A stretch of 64,000 bases of DNA, from positions 672,001 through 736,000 of the forward strand of contig CAXXDQ010000007.1 of NCBI GenBank assembly GCA_963664325.2. The letters are read 5' to 3'. Below the pieces are notes generated by a model, which had not been told where the DNA came from, ran no database searches, and saw only the letters and a list, made by a program, of their open reading frames with translations. Position 1 is the first letter of the stretch. Each line of letters begins with the position of its first letter. The translations under genes were made by a program, and so were the position numbers. The stretch comes from Desulfomonilia bacterium (GTDB taxonomy: Bacteria > Desulfobacterota > Desulfomonilia > UBA1062). Below are positions 38,755 to 48,406 of the stretch, in pieces.

Positions 38755-39894
38755 ATGATACTTTTCTTCCTGATATATCTTACTTTTTACGGCTCTATGC
38801 ATACCTATGCATTTTTCAAGGCCAGGGCAGCGCTGAAGTTCGGCAGAAAAAGAGGCATGCTGATAGCAATTTTCATGTTATTCATGATGTTCGCTCCAAT
38901 TATCACAAGGACACTCGAACATTCAGGCCATGAAACTGCTGCGCTGATTGTCGCTTATACCGGGTATATATGGATGGGGACACTTTCGATATTCATCATA
39001 TTTGCAATCCTGATCGGGATATACAGGCTGATTGCATTTGCCGCAGGAAATTTTTTCATGAAAGATACCGATGCATATATTCCCTCTGCTTTCAGCGCCT
39101 TCATTATCCCTGTTTTTCTGGCTGTTATTCTCGCCGGATACGGTATTTACGAAGCGCTGAATATAAAAACCGAACATATTGCAATAAATACCGCAAAGAT
39201 CCCGCCATCAGCGGGCAGGATAAGGATTGTCCAGATATCAGATGTCCACCTCGGTCTTATGGCGGGAAGGCACCGGCTGGAAAATATTATCAAATCAGTC
39301 GAGGCTGCCAATCCGGATGTTCTTGTCTCAACTGGTGATCTTATCGATGGCCAGCTTGATGACATTGAAGGCAATATAAAATTGTTAAACCGGATAAATC
39401 CGAGGCTTGGAAAATTTGCCGTTACCGGCAATCACGAGGTTTATGCAGGTTTATGGGTTTCAATAAAACTGACTCAGTCCGCGGGATTCAGGATGCTGAG
39501 AGATGAAGCAGTGGCTGCTGGTGACTCGCTCGCCATCGCAGGCTTTGATGACAAGGGGCACTCTCAACCCAAGATATCGGATATACAGGTGGAAAAAGAC
39601 ATCCTTTCAAAGCTCCCTCATACCAGGTTCATTATAGTCCTAAAGCATAAACCTGAAGTTGCAAAAGAGATATACGGGCTCTTTGATCTTCAGCTTTCAG
39701 GCCACCTCCATGGCGGACAGATTTTCACTTTTATCCCGCTTCTCAGGATCGCCTACCCCTATATTTCCGGACTTCATGAACTTCCTGACAGGAGCAAGCT
39801 CTATATAAGCCGAGGGACCGGGTTGTGGGGCCCGCCAATGCGTGTTTTCGCACCTCCCGAGATAACTGTAATCGATCTGATTCCCCTTAAGTAG
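38755..39894 (+). CDS. membrane-anchored metallophosphoesterase (YkuE-like)
   Basis: 4 TM segments then SDVH, GDLID, GNHE, GHLHGGQ. Confidence 0.9.
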   Translation: MILFFLIYLTFYGSMHTYAFFKARAALKFGRKRGMLIAIFMLFMMFAPIITRTLEHSGHETAALIVAYTGYIWMGTLSIFIIFAILIGIYRLIAFAAGNFFMKDTDAYIPSAFSAFIIPVFLAVILAGYGIYEALNIKTEHIAINTAKIPPSAGRIRIVQISDVHLGLMAGRHRLENIIKSVEAANPDVLVSTGDLIDGQLDDIEGNIKLLNRINPRLGKFAVTGNHEVYAGLWVSIKLTQSAGFRMLRDEAVAAGDSLAIAGFDDKGHSQPKISDIQVEKDILSKLPHTRFIIVLKHKPEVAKEIYGLFDLQLSGHLHGGQIFTFIPLLRIAYPYISGLHELPDRSKLYISRGTGLWGPPMRVFAPPEITVIDLIPLK

Positions 39895-40083
39895 CCATTC
39901 ACGGCTATGAACTACGAGTTGCAAAAGGCAGTATGACGGGTTGATAACGCTTATTGTTTATTATTCCTATTTATTGTTCGTTTGCAAATGCTCACGAAGG
40001 TTTTTCGCGATGCCAATGTTTACCTTGACATGCCTGATAAGTTTGTCCAAACATATCGGGAAACGGATAACAGCGGAGGGTCT

Positions 40084-41073
40084 ATGATCAAAACAGCCAT
40101 TACCGAGATGTTCGGGATAAAATACCCGATAATATGCGGGGCAATGATGTGGCTATGCAAGCCGCAGTTATGCGCCGCCATTTCAGAAGCCGGAGGCATG
40201 GGCAATATCACGGCAGCAAATTACGAGACCGAGCAGGACTTCAGGAATGCAATAGCGGAAGTCAGGGAACTTACAAATAAACCTTTCGTAATCGGACTGA
40301 CACTGCTCCCTTCAATCAGAATTACAGCGGAACACCATCAGATGTATATAAAGGTCTGTGAAGAAGAAAAGGTGCCGGCGATTGAGGTATCAGGCACCCC
40401 TCTTGACAAGGTGGTAGGAATGGAAGGCGTAAAAAAGCTTAAAAAGGCCGGAGTCAGGCTGTTTCACAAACTGGGATCAGTCAGGCATGCAATCCATGCG
40501 GAAAAAGCCGGGTACGACGGAGTCTATGCCGCCGGCCTCGAAGAAGGCGGGCATCCGCTGAGTGACGATGTTACAACAATGGTTCTGACACCCCGCATTG
40601 CAGAAACAGTCAAGATTCCTGTTGTGACGGTCGGCGGGATTGCAGACGGAAGGAGTATGGCCGCCGCCCTCACGCTTGGGGCACAGGGCGTCATGATGGC
40701 GAGCCGTTTCATTGCCACCAAGGAATGTACCGTCCATGAAAAAATAAAACAGGAACTTATTAACCGCCAGGAAAACGACACCCGCATATTCGGCAGATCA
40801 ATAGGACTTCAGGGCAGAGCCCTAATTAACAGGGTCATCGGAGAGGTCTTGAAAATCGAATCCGAGGGGGGCGGGCTCGACAAGCTTATACCGCTCATTG
40901 CCGGTCCCCGAATCAAGCAGGCATGGGACGAAGGCGATGTCGAAATGGCGCCTTTAATGGTAGGCCAGTCCATCGGGCTTATTCACGACATCCTCTCATG
41001 TAAGGAACTGCTGAATAAAATGCATGATGAGGCAGTTGCCTGTTTGAATAAGACAACCGCCCTTATTAATTAG
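40084..41073 (+). CDS. nitronate monooxygenase / FabK-like FMN oxidoreductase
   Basis: IKYPIICGAM, EEGGH, GGIADGR, GQSIG; GGAGG RBS. Confidence 0.88.
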   Translation: MIKTAITEMFGIKYPIICGAMMWLCKPQLCAAISEAGGMGNITAANYETEQDFRNAIAEVRELTNKPFVIGLTLLPSIRITAEHHQMYIKVCEEEKVPAIEVSGTPLDKVVGMEGVKKLKKAGVRLFHKLGSVRHAIHAEKAGYDGVYAAGLEEGGHPLSDDVTTMVLTPRIAETVKIPVVTVGGIADGRSMAAALTLGAQGVMMASRFIATKECTVHEKIKQELINRQENDTRIFGRSIGLQGRALINRVIGEVLKIESEGGGLDKLIPLIAGPRIKQAWDEGDVEMAPLMVGQSIGLIHDILSCKELLNKMHDEAVACLNKTTALIN

Positions 41074-41112
41074 ATTGCTGCGCGTTTAAATTTATATTTC
41101 AAGATAATCAGG

Positions 41113-41152
41113 AAAGGGGCTTGCCGGAATATCCTGCAAGCCCTTTATTTTT
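41113..41152. terminator. terminator between convergent NMO/FabK paralogs
   Basis: GGGCTTGC-CGGAATATCCT-GCAAGCCC flanked by A and T tracts. Confidence 0.65.
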
Positions 41153-42199
41153 CTACTTCATCATCTTTGAAAGCTTTGTGGAAACTTCTTCAGCCTCTTT
41201 GACCATCCTGTCAAACAGTTCGGCGACACTCGGCAGATCTTTAATCAACCCCGTGTCCTGGCCCACCGGAAGTACCCCGGTTTTTATATCTCCGGCCTCG
41301 GTAGCATCCTTTATCGCCTTAAAGGCATTGGCCATATATGCAAGCTGAAGCGCATTCTTCATGCCCGACGCCAGCACACCTATAAACAGTTTGATATAGG
41401 GCAGGTGTATCTGTTTGGCTATGTCGGCCGAATTGAAAAGCGCTTCGATCATTTTCTTGACATTAAGACCGTTGCGGATGGCAGTATGCGCCGCCGGCGT
41501 ATCAAGCACGCGGCAGCCCAAGCCGTCGAACCTTGTTGAATATAGAGTATCATAGACGTCTTTTTCAATGGAAAGCTTCTTGAAATTATCGTGAAGCGGG
41601 CTCTCTTTCGTTGACATCAGGCGTGTACCCAATGCAACTCCTTCGGCGCCAAGGGCAAGAGCTGCGGCCAGCCCGCGCCCGTCAGCTACACCTCCTGCCG
41701 CAATGACAGGAATCTGTACAGCAGAGGCAATTGTCGGAATGAGCACGAATGTTGTAACATCGCCGCCGTGAGCTGCCGCTTCATGGCCCGTCACTATAAC
41801 GCCGTCTACGCCGTAATCCTGCGCACGTCCGGCATGCCTGTGGTTTACTACGGTCGCCAGCACCTTGCCGCCGTACTGATGAGCCTCTTTAACTATCCAG
41901 TCGCCTTTGCCCAGGGCAAAGTTTATAACCGGAACCCTCTCAGCAAGGGCGACCTTCGCATTGTCCGAAGCCCCTGGGAAAAGCAGAGATGCATTTATGC
42001 CAAACGGCTTGTCGGTGAGAGCCCTAATCTTCTTGATTGAAACCCTGGTCTGTTCGGCATCCAGAGGACCTGTCGCAAGGATTCCAAGACCGCCCGCATT
42101 TGATACGGCGGCAACCATTTCAGGTACGCTTATCCAGCTCATGCCGGAAAGCAATATCGGGTATTTTATGCCCAGTGCTTCGGTGATACGCGTCTTCAT
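41153..42199 (-). CDS. nitronate monooxygenase / FabK-like FMN oxidoreductase
   Basis: IKYPILLSGM, EAAAH, AAGGVADGRG, GTR; AAGGAG RBS before ATG 42199. Confidence 0.88.
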   Translation of the reverse strand: MKTRITEALGIKYPILLSGMSWISVPEMVAAVSNAGGLGILATGPLDAEQTRVSIKKIRALTDKPFGINASLLFPGASDNAKVALAERVPVINFALGKGDWIVKEAHQYGGKVLATVVNHRHAGRAQDYGVDGVIVTGHEAAAHGGDVTTFVLIPTIASAVQIPVIAAGGVADGRGLAAALALGAEGVALGTRLMSTKESPLHDNFKKLSIEKDVYDTLYSTRFDGLGCRVLDTPAAHTAIRNGLNVKKMIEALFNSADIAKQIHLPYIKLFIGVLASGMKNALQLAYMANAFKAIKDATEAGDIKTGVLPVGQDTGLIKDLPSVAELFDRMVKEAEEVSTKLSKMMK

Positions 42200-42251
42200 A
42201 ACGGCTCCTTCAAGTATTTTCAAAACATTATATACTAAAGACCCGATCTTG

Positions 42252-43221
42252 TCAGCGCTTGATATTCCCGGGCAGTATATACGGATACGGCTTGTTGAAA
42301 ACCTTCAAGTGCAGGAACCTGTCAAATTTCCTGAAAGCCAGATACAGCCGCCAGATGAGCGCGTCTTCCTTATAATAATCATCGATTTCATCAACCGTAA
42401 GCGGGGTGATGCCCAGAGCGGAACATTCTTCGACGAAGAAACGGTTTGCCTTATCGACAAGCCCGGGTATCAACTCGCTCCTCTGTTCCTTGTGAAAGTT
42501 TGCAATCAGGTCGATAGCCACTTTCCTGAAATCATAATACCGGTTCATTACTTCGCTAAGGAAAAAGAGCCTTATCACCCATCTTAAAAATGATGGTGTG
42601 CTTCTGAGGAAGAGCTCCGGGTTTAAGCGCTCCTTGCCGCTTCGCCTCATCAGCGGAGTGCTGGTATCAAGGTAAAAAAGCCCTGTTCTGTCGTTGATCT
42701 CAATTCCGTCGCGCCATCCTGAAACCGCCCAGTTCGAAATCTGCCCGTCAATGCCGACCTCGTCACCGGGATGCGCTGCATTAAAGTCAAAGACTTTTTT
42801 CATTTCCCTCAAGACCATAAGGATAAGCGTATTCACGGAAGCAGCATCTATGTTGTGTATCAGGGTATTGCAGATCGATCCCGAAGGCAGTCTTTTCTGT
42901 GCGTTGTAAATTACCAGATTGCCCTTCTCTGGTATGACCATAACCGAGGCAAATGCAGGGATATCCAGGCCGATGGAACTCAGGAGTGTGTTATATTCGT
43001 TGAAAAGAAGCTCATATTCCTGCATTTCCTGACTGTTCAAGAAAATAGGCATTCTTTTATAGGCAAGACCCTCCTGCCCTGGCTCGTCAATTACGAATAT
43101 GGTGCTCATTTCGCCGTAGCCTATTATCTTAGCTGGGGATCAGGCTCCTGTCCGGGTAAAGCGGATTCAAGCCTTTTTCAAATTTCGAGATATGGTTGTT
43201 GTCTATCTGTTCTTTTATCAT
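42252..43221 (-). pseudogene. DUF6206-like kinase-fold protein with a 1-nt frameshift near the 5' end
   Basis: RBS-preceded ATG 43221 reads MIKEQID...FEKGLNP...LIPS* (ATC CCC AGC TAA). The +1 frame continues AKIIGYGEMSTIF into ORF 42252..43109. Confidence 0.65.
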
Positions 43222-43232
43222 GGAGTCTCCCT

Positions 43233-44492
43233 CTATATCAGTCCAAGTAATTTTTCAGCATCTGAAAGCGACAGATCAACCCTGTCAAGAATTTCATCAG
43301 CCAATGCGGCATCTGCAATCAGCGGCGGCAGGAGCTGGCTGATCCGTTTGTCGTTATTTGCATAGATGCTCAGGACGCCGTTGTCATAGCATGTCCTCGT
43401 CATTACCGGTCCGCACATGTCATTTGCCATTTCAATACCCATCATCAGACCAAGTCTTCGCAGTCTTACAAGGATTCCGGGGTGTCTTTTCATAAGTTCA
43501 TCAAAACCTTTTGCTATCCGGTCTGAAATGCTCGCAACGTTTTCAAGGAATCCGGCCTGTGATGAAATATCCAGCACCTTCATGGCAACAGGGCACCCGA
43601 CCTCGGCGCCTCCGAACGTAGATATATGGATAAACGGATTCGCGTGGAAGAACGTCTGGAGCTCTTTAGTGAAGCAGGTGGCGCTCATGGGATATATACC
43701 GCCTGAAAGGCCTTTGCCTATGACCATGATGTCGGGTGAAACACCGAAATGTTGAATTCCCCAGAGTTTTCCCGTCCGTCCAAGACCCGTCTGAACCTCA
43801 TCCATTATAAGCAGTGCCCTCTTCTTTTCGCACATATCCTTTACATAAGAAAAATAATCGGCATCAGGAACCGGCATTCCCAGCGTTGCGGGTATTGTTT
43901 CGAATATGACGGCAGCCGTGTTTTCATCAACAGCAAAGTCAATGGCCCTTTTGTCATTGAAAGGAATCTGTATGAAACCGGGCTGATTGGGGCCGAACGG
44001 CGCCCTGTACTGTTCATCGCCGGTTGCGATTGCAAATCCAGTATGGCCATGGTAACCGCCGTTTGCTGAAATTATCTTCTGCCTGCCCGTGTAGCCTCTC
44101 GCAAGCTTGATGGCCAGGTCGATCGCCTCCCCTCCTCCCGAGCCGAAGACCGTATAGGTGAGCCCTTCAGGTGTAAGCCCGGCCAGCTTTTCGGCGAGAA
44201 TTGCCCTCTGCTCGCTTATGAGGTGATGATTGCCTATATCGAGTTCATCAAGCGCACCCTTCAGCGCTTCGATAATCTCCGGGTTTCTGTGCCCCAGGTT
44301 GAATACGCCGCCGTTGGAATGGCAGTTGATAAGCCTTTTGCCGCTCACTGCATCCCAGATAAAGGGCCCCTGCCTTTTGCCAAAGACAAAGTCAATGCCA
44401 ACGCTTTTGAAAAATTCAGCCTTGCCCGAAGAAACATAAGCTGCAAACCGGTTTATAATACCTTCTTTTGAATCCGTCCCGATATGACTCAT
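43233..44492 (-). CDS. class III PLP aminotransferase
   Basis: GGEAIDLAIKLAR, YHGHT, DEVQTGLGRTG, GKGLSGG, STFGG. Confidence 0.92.
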   Translation of the reverse strand: MSHIGTDSKEGIINRFAAYVSSGKAEFFKSVGIDFVFGKRQGPFIWDAVSGKRLINCHSNGGVFNLGHRNPEIIEALKGALDELDIGNHHLISEQRAILAEKLAGLTPEGLTYTVFGSGGGEAIDLAIKLARGYTGRQKIISANGGYHGHTGFAIATGDEQYRAPFGPNQPGFIQIPFNDKRAIDFAVDENTAAVIFETIPATLGMPVPDADYFSYVKDMCEKKRALLIMDEVQTGLGRTGKLWGIQHFGVSPDIMVIGKGLSGGIYPMSATCFTKELQTFFHANPFIHISTFGGAEVGCPVAMKVLDISSQAGFLENVASISDRIAKGFDELMKRHPGILVRLRRLGLMMGIEMANDMCGPVMTRTCYDNGVLSIYANNDKRISQLLPPLIADAALADEILDRVDLSLSDAEKLLGLI

Positions 44493-44599
44493 ACACTCTC
44501 CGTTTTATGTGATAAAATATGTTAAATAATATCTTTAAAATTGAGTGAATCAAGTGCTGGAAAGCATTTTCCGATAGCAGTCATTATGAAAACATCCAT

Positions 44600-45376
44600 T
44601 CATTCATCCTTCCATTTATATCCGCTGAGCGCCCATAAAACGACGTTGGTTCCGTAAAACACCCAGACCAGCCTGAACATGATTTCGGAAATGTTGCCAA
44701 GGCCCAGATTGTATATTTCTCCGAATATCTCCGTCAGGTACCAGCAGGTGGCTGCGATAGAGACCATCCATGCATTTATTTTCGGATAAAGTCTGTTGCG
44801 CAGCGTTTCCCATGCAAACCACATTGTGGTGCAGAAAAATGCGGTATAAACAGGCGCAATTGCTGCATGCCCTACACGTACAATATCTGTCCATAGTATT
44901 AATATGACAGCAACCGCCGAGCCGTATATTGCAAGAGGCAACCAGAAACGGGAAATTCCGCCCGCACCCTTTTTCAGATATGGCAAACCCCGGCTGATAC
45001 GTATAATTAGAAAAATATGGGCTATAATTGACAGAACCCCGCCCAGCATAAAAACCCATGATCCGACGCTCAGGGAAGGGCTAACAACAACCACGCTCAT
45101 GAGAATATCTGTGGGAAGCATGCAGCAGAAAGCGGCGAGAAGGAGCCTGAAATCCCTGTCGTTCAAACGGTCCCTGCCGGTAATCAAAACTATAACCATT
45201 GATAACAGTGTAATAACTGGCTTGCCAACGGCCGGATAAAGAAACTTTGTGTTTTCAAAATAATTCATCCAGTCTACGCCGAATACAGACCCTGCCAGGA
45301 TAAGAATCAGTCCAAGAATGCTGAAAACAAAAATACGTTTATGCCCGGAAAATGATCCCCTGTTTTGCTCCGTCAT
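44600..45376 (-). CDS. YhhN/lysoplasmalogenase-like membrane protein
   Basis: 7-8 TM segments; KP, TDILM, AH, WYLTE, WVFY pattern. Confidence 0.5.
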   Translation of the reverse strand: MTEQNRGSFSGHKRIFVFSILGLILILAGSVFGVDWMNYFENTKFLYPAVGKPVITLLSMVIVLITGRDRLNDRDFRLLLAAFCCMLPTDILMSVVVVSPSLSVGSWVFMLGGVLSIIAHIFLIIRISRGLPYLKKGAGGISRFWLPLAIYGSAVAVILILWTDIVRVGHAAIAPVYTAFFCTTMWFAWETLRNRLYPKINAWMVSIAATCWYLTEIFGEIYNLGLGNISEIMFRLVWVFYGTNVVLWALSGYKWKDE

Positions 45377-45419
45377 GCCTTTCCTCCTTCAAGATATTTT
45401 GCAGATCAGGACGTCCAAA

Positions 45420-47459
45420 TCATTCAAGCCTTTCTTGAAGTTCAATCCTGAACCTGAATTTGCAGTCGTCTTCGAACCACATCGGGAAATTTGTCCCCCA
45501 GATGTTATTGTGAAGATTGAAGTGCAGGCCTTTGCCTGCATCGGGAATCAGGTTGTGAAAGTCTAGGAGTGAAGGGCTGTCAAATGCAACAAGGTGGGCA
45601 TCTGGACTTTCTATAATAATACCTTCTTCGTTTGAGTCATAATAAACGCCTTTACTTATTGCCGACAGTGAACGGTTCCCTTTTGATACAACATCTTTAG
45701 GCGACACTCGGGTACCTAGTTTATCCATATACCAACAAACGGAAGCGGTCCTGTCAAACTGGAAAGTAAACCATGAAGCCTCGGCAATCCTGCAGGCGCT
45801 TTTATTAAACCATTGCAGGGTTATCTCAAGTTCAGGTTTTTCATCCGGGAAGTTGTACAATATCTGAAGCATTCCCGGTGCACCAAGCCTTTTAACGGCG
45901 TAATAGGGCATCTCAATTTCGGTAATGATCGAATCATCTTTAGAATAAATTCCCGCCACATGAGGGAAACACCTTTTGTGTTTTAGCCCCAGCCTTCCCA
46001 TGCCCGGTTTGCTGTAATCGTCTATCGACCAGTAAAAATTATTTCCAAAGTTTTTGATAAATTGTCTGAAAAACCGGCGGTAATCTCCTGATGAAAAATT
46101 CTCGTACATGAAAAGCCCTATCCTGTTGCTGCCGGAACACCATACACGCCCTGTTTTTCTGTGCCTCAGGTAACATATTGAGCCATTAACTGTATCAATC
46201 TCAATATCGAAATGCCTTGTGCTTATTCCTGCCGGTTTTAGCTTTTTAAAGTCTCTTGTGTCAAACAGTACCGGCTCCAATTCCTTGATCGCTGATGTTG
46301 TTTTTTCTGCTAAAGGGGTATTTCCCAGTATCTTAACGGAATCTTCAATATAGCCCCTCTGCTCCATCCAGGATGTCTCGAACTTTCTGCATTTTTCTTT
46401 TTTTCTGAGCTCGGTCAGCCCCTCTTTTGAATAGTGCCAGTAATTCCTGAGATGTGTCTTCTCATCCATGCCCCACGTATGCTCTGCAACACAGATAAGG
46501 TTGTCCCTGACCTTTTCCAGAACAGGCTCTTTCCCCCCTTCGATCAGGCGTAATAGTGCTCTCATTCGTGTTGTTTTCCAGGGGTCGGTTTCTGTACCAT
46601 GAATCCAGGTATCACCGATTTCTTCTCTTACAACAGGAAGTTTTTCCTTTCTGGCAACCGCGGCAGCGGCAAAATCGTTCAGATTTGCAGCTTTTACAGA
46701 ATCCGGATTGAACTTTTTCCTCGCCTTCTCAAAAGCAATCCTGACGCCTTCAGGAGATTGAGGTCCTATATTGTCCAGTGTATGGGCGAACATGAAAAGA
46801 GAATCTCCCAGGATTGTCTGTCCGCCATAACCTTTCTTGTCATAGACAACAATGACTTCAGCGCCATTCTGATGTCGCCATATAAAACTTTCCGGTACAC
46901 CAGGCGGAGTCGATGCATTGTTGACGCCTATATGAAGCATTTGTATCCCTGCCTCGGCAAGAAACGGAACCATCCCTATTGTGTGTCCGGGCACATCGGT
47001 CATCTTGGCACCAATCGTTTTTTTATCGAACCTTTCATCGAGTTTTCTTGATATACTCAAACCATATCTAATCAGGTCGGGGGTCAGTAACTCTGTATGG
47101 GTAGTAAAAGGAAGTCCGTGCCACACAATATCGCCTTCAGCCAACGCTCGTTCAATGTCCGAAAGAGCCTTTCCTGAGGCAATTTCAAGATAATGCCATA
47201 TTATCCATGATCCCAGTGTCCAGATAAACCGGGCTTCGCCTGATTCGGATTTCAGTTGGTTTGCAGTCCTTATTGCCTTTGGTATGAAATCCTCGAAATA
47301 CTGTTTAAGAACATTAGCAGCCAAATCTGTAAAACCCATATCAAGATGCGTTTTAAAAATAATGAACACCCTGTCAGGTTCAGGGAATGTTTCATTCTTT
47401 TCCGTTTTTCTTTCCTTATCAGACATATATCTTGACATATCTTCCCATGTCTTTATCAA
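45420..47459 (-). CDS. DUF5054-like glycoside hydrolase (GH38/57-like fold)
   Basis: KTHLDMGFTD, MTDVPGHT, EIGDTWIHG, EHTWGMD, NNIWGTNFPMW. Confidence 0.75.
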   Translation of the reverse strand: MIKTWEDMSRYMSDKERKTEKNETFPEPDRVFIIFKTHLDMGFTDLAANVLKQYFEDFIPKAIRTANQLKSESGEARFIWTLGSWIIWHYLEIASGKALSDIERALAEGDIVWHGLPFTTHTELLTPDLIRYGLSISRKLDERFDKKTIGAKMTDVPGHTIGMVPFLAEAGIQMLHIGVNNASTPPGVPESFIWRHQNGAEVIVVYDKKGYGGQTILGDSLFMFAHTLDNIGPQSPEGVRIAFEKARKKFNPDSVKAANLNDFAAAAVARKEKLPVVREEIGDTWIHGTETDPWKTTRMRALLRLIEGGKEPVLEKVRDNLICVAEHTWGMDEKTHLRNYWHYSKEGLTELRKKEKCRKFETSWMEQRGYIEDSVKILGNTPLAEKTTSAIKELEPVLFDTRDFKKLKPAGISTRHFDIEIDTVNGSICYLRHRKTGRVWCSGSNRIGLFMYENFSSGDYRRFFRQFIKNFGNNFYWSIDDYSKPGMGRLGLKHKRCFPHVAGIYSKDDSIITEIEMPYYAVKRLGAPGMLQILYNFPDEKPELEITLQWFNKSACRIAEASWFTFQFDRTASVCWYMDKLGTRVSPKDVVSKGNRSLSAISKGVYYDSNEEGIIIESPDAHLVAFDSPSLLDFHNLIPDAGKGLHFNLHNNIWGTNFPMWFEDDCKFRFRIELQERLE

Positions 47460-47787
47460 TGCAACTACAATATTATTCGAAATATTGCAGCGTCAAGGAT
47501 TGTTCCTTCATTATGTTTAATGATGACAAGATAACGAAAACAATAAAATAAACTCCGGTTACAACAGCCCTGGCAAGCCATGACAATACAAACATTATAT
47601 TCTTGACAATCCTTCATTGCTGTCGTAATGCTCCCATGCAACTGAGATTCGAGTAATCCAATACCGAAAATGACCTTCAACAACATCTCGATGATCCTAT
47701 TCGGCAATTGAAATAAATCGTTTTTCAGAAATACAAAACAGTTTGTATTCCCTTTTCCTGAGACTACAAACAAGACACGAGGTAGAA

Positions 47788-47991
47788 ATGGCTAACGGAA
47801 CAGTAAAATGGTTTAATGAACAGAAGGGTTTTGGATTTATTACCGCGGAAAACGGTCAGGATGTTTTTGTACATTTCTCGGCCATTAAAGCTGAGGGTTT
47901 CAAATCACTCAACGAAGGCGACCGTGTATCTTTTGAGATAACCAACGGTCCAAAAGGGCCTCAGGCAACTAATGTAACAAAGGCAAAATAG
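47788..47991 (+). CDS. cold-shock protein (CspA family)
   Basis: [29 protein letters not shown]. Confidence 0.97.
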   Translation: MANGTVKWFNEQKGFGFITAENGQDVFVHFSAIKAEGFKSLNEGDRVSFEITNGPKGPQATNVTKAK

Positions 47992-48001
47992 TTTTTCCAA
48001 C

Positions 48002-48025
48002 GGCGGCTTGCTGCCGCCCTTTTTT
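48002..48025 (+). terminator. intrinsic terminator after csp
   Basis: GGCGGC-TTGCT-GCCGCC-CTTTTTT. Confidence 0.75.
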
Positions 48026-48032
48026 GAAATTT

Positions 48033-48227
48033 ATGGGAAATAAATCACATCACACTTTTAAAAAAAACGAGCGTGAAAAGATTAAACGCCAGAAAAAGGC
48101 AGACAAGCTCGCAAAAAAAATCGAACTTAAAAAATCCAAACCTGAAATCCTTCCCCGAGAGGACGGATTTGATCCCGACATCGCAGACATAATCCCTGGA
48201 CCTCAAGCGCGACCGGATGAAGTATAA
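48033..48227 (+). CDS. small basic hypothetical protein
   Basis: Lys-rich helix then DPDIADIIPGPQ; no clear RBS. Confidence 0.5.
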   Translation: MGNKSHHTFKKNEREKIKRQKKADKLAKKIELKKSKPEILPREDGFDPDIADIIPGPQARPDEV

Positions 48228-48349
48228 CTCTTAAAAAAAAGACAGATAACCGGCTTACTATAATCAGATATTTTTGAATCGCTGCAAGTCGTATTTCAAA
48301 ATAAGAAAACCATTATTACGAGTATAATCGTAGTGTTGAATTCCTGAAT

Positions 48350-48382
48350 AAAAAACCCTCAGGTAAAAGTATATCTGAGGGT
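48350..48382 (-). terminator. terminator of alpha operon
   Basis: ACCCTCAGGTA-AAAGTA-TATCTGAGGGT with U-tract on minus strand. Confidence 0.75.
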
Positions 48383-48406
48383 CTTATTAAAAAAGATGAT
48401 TATTTT

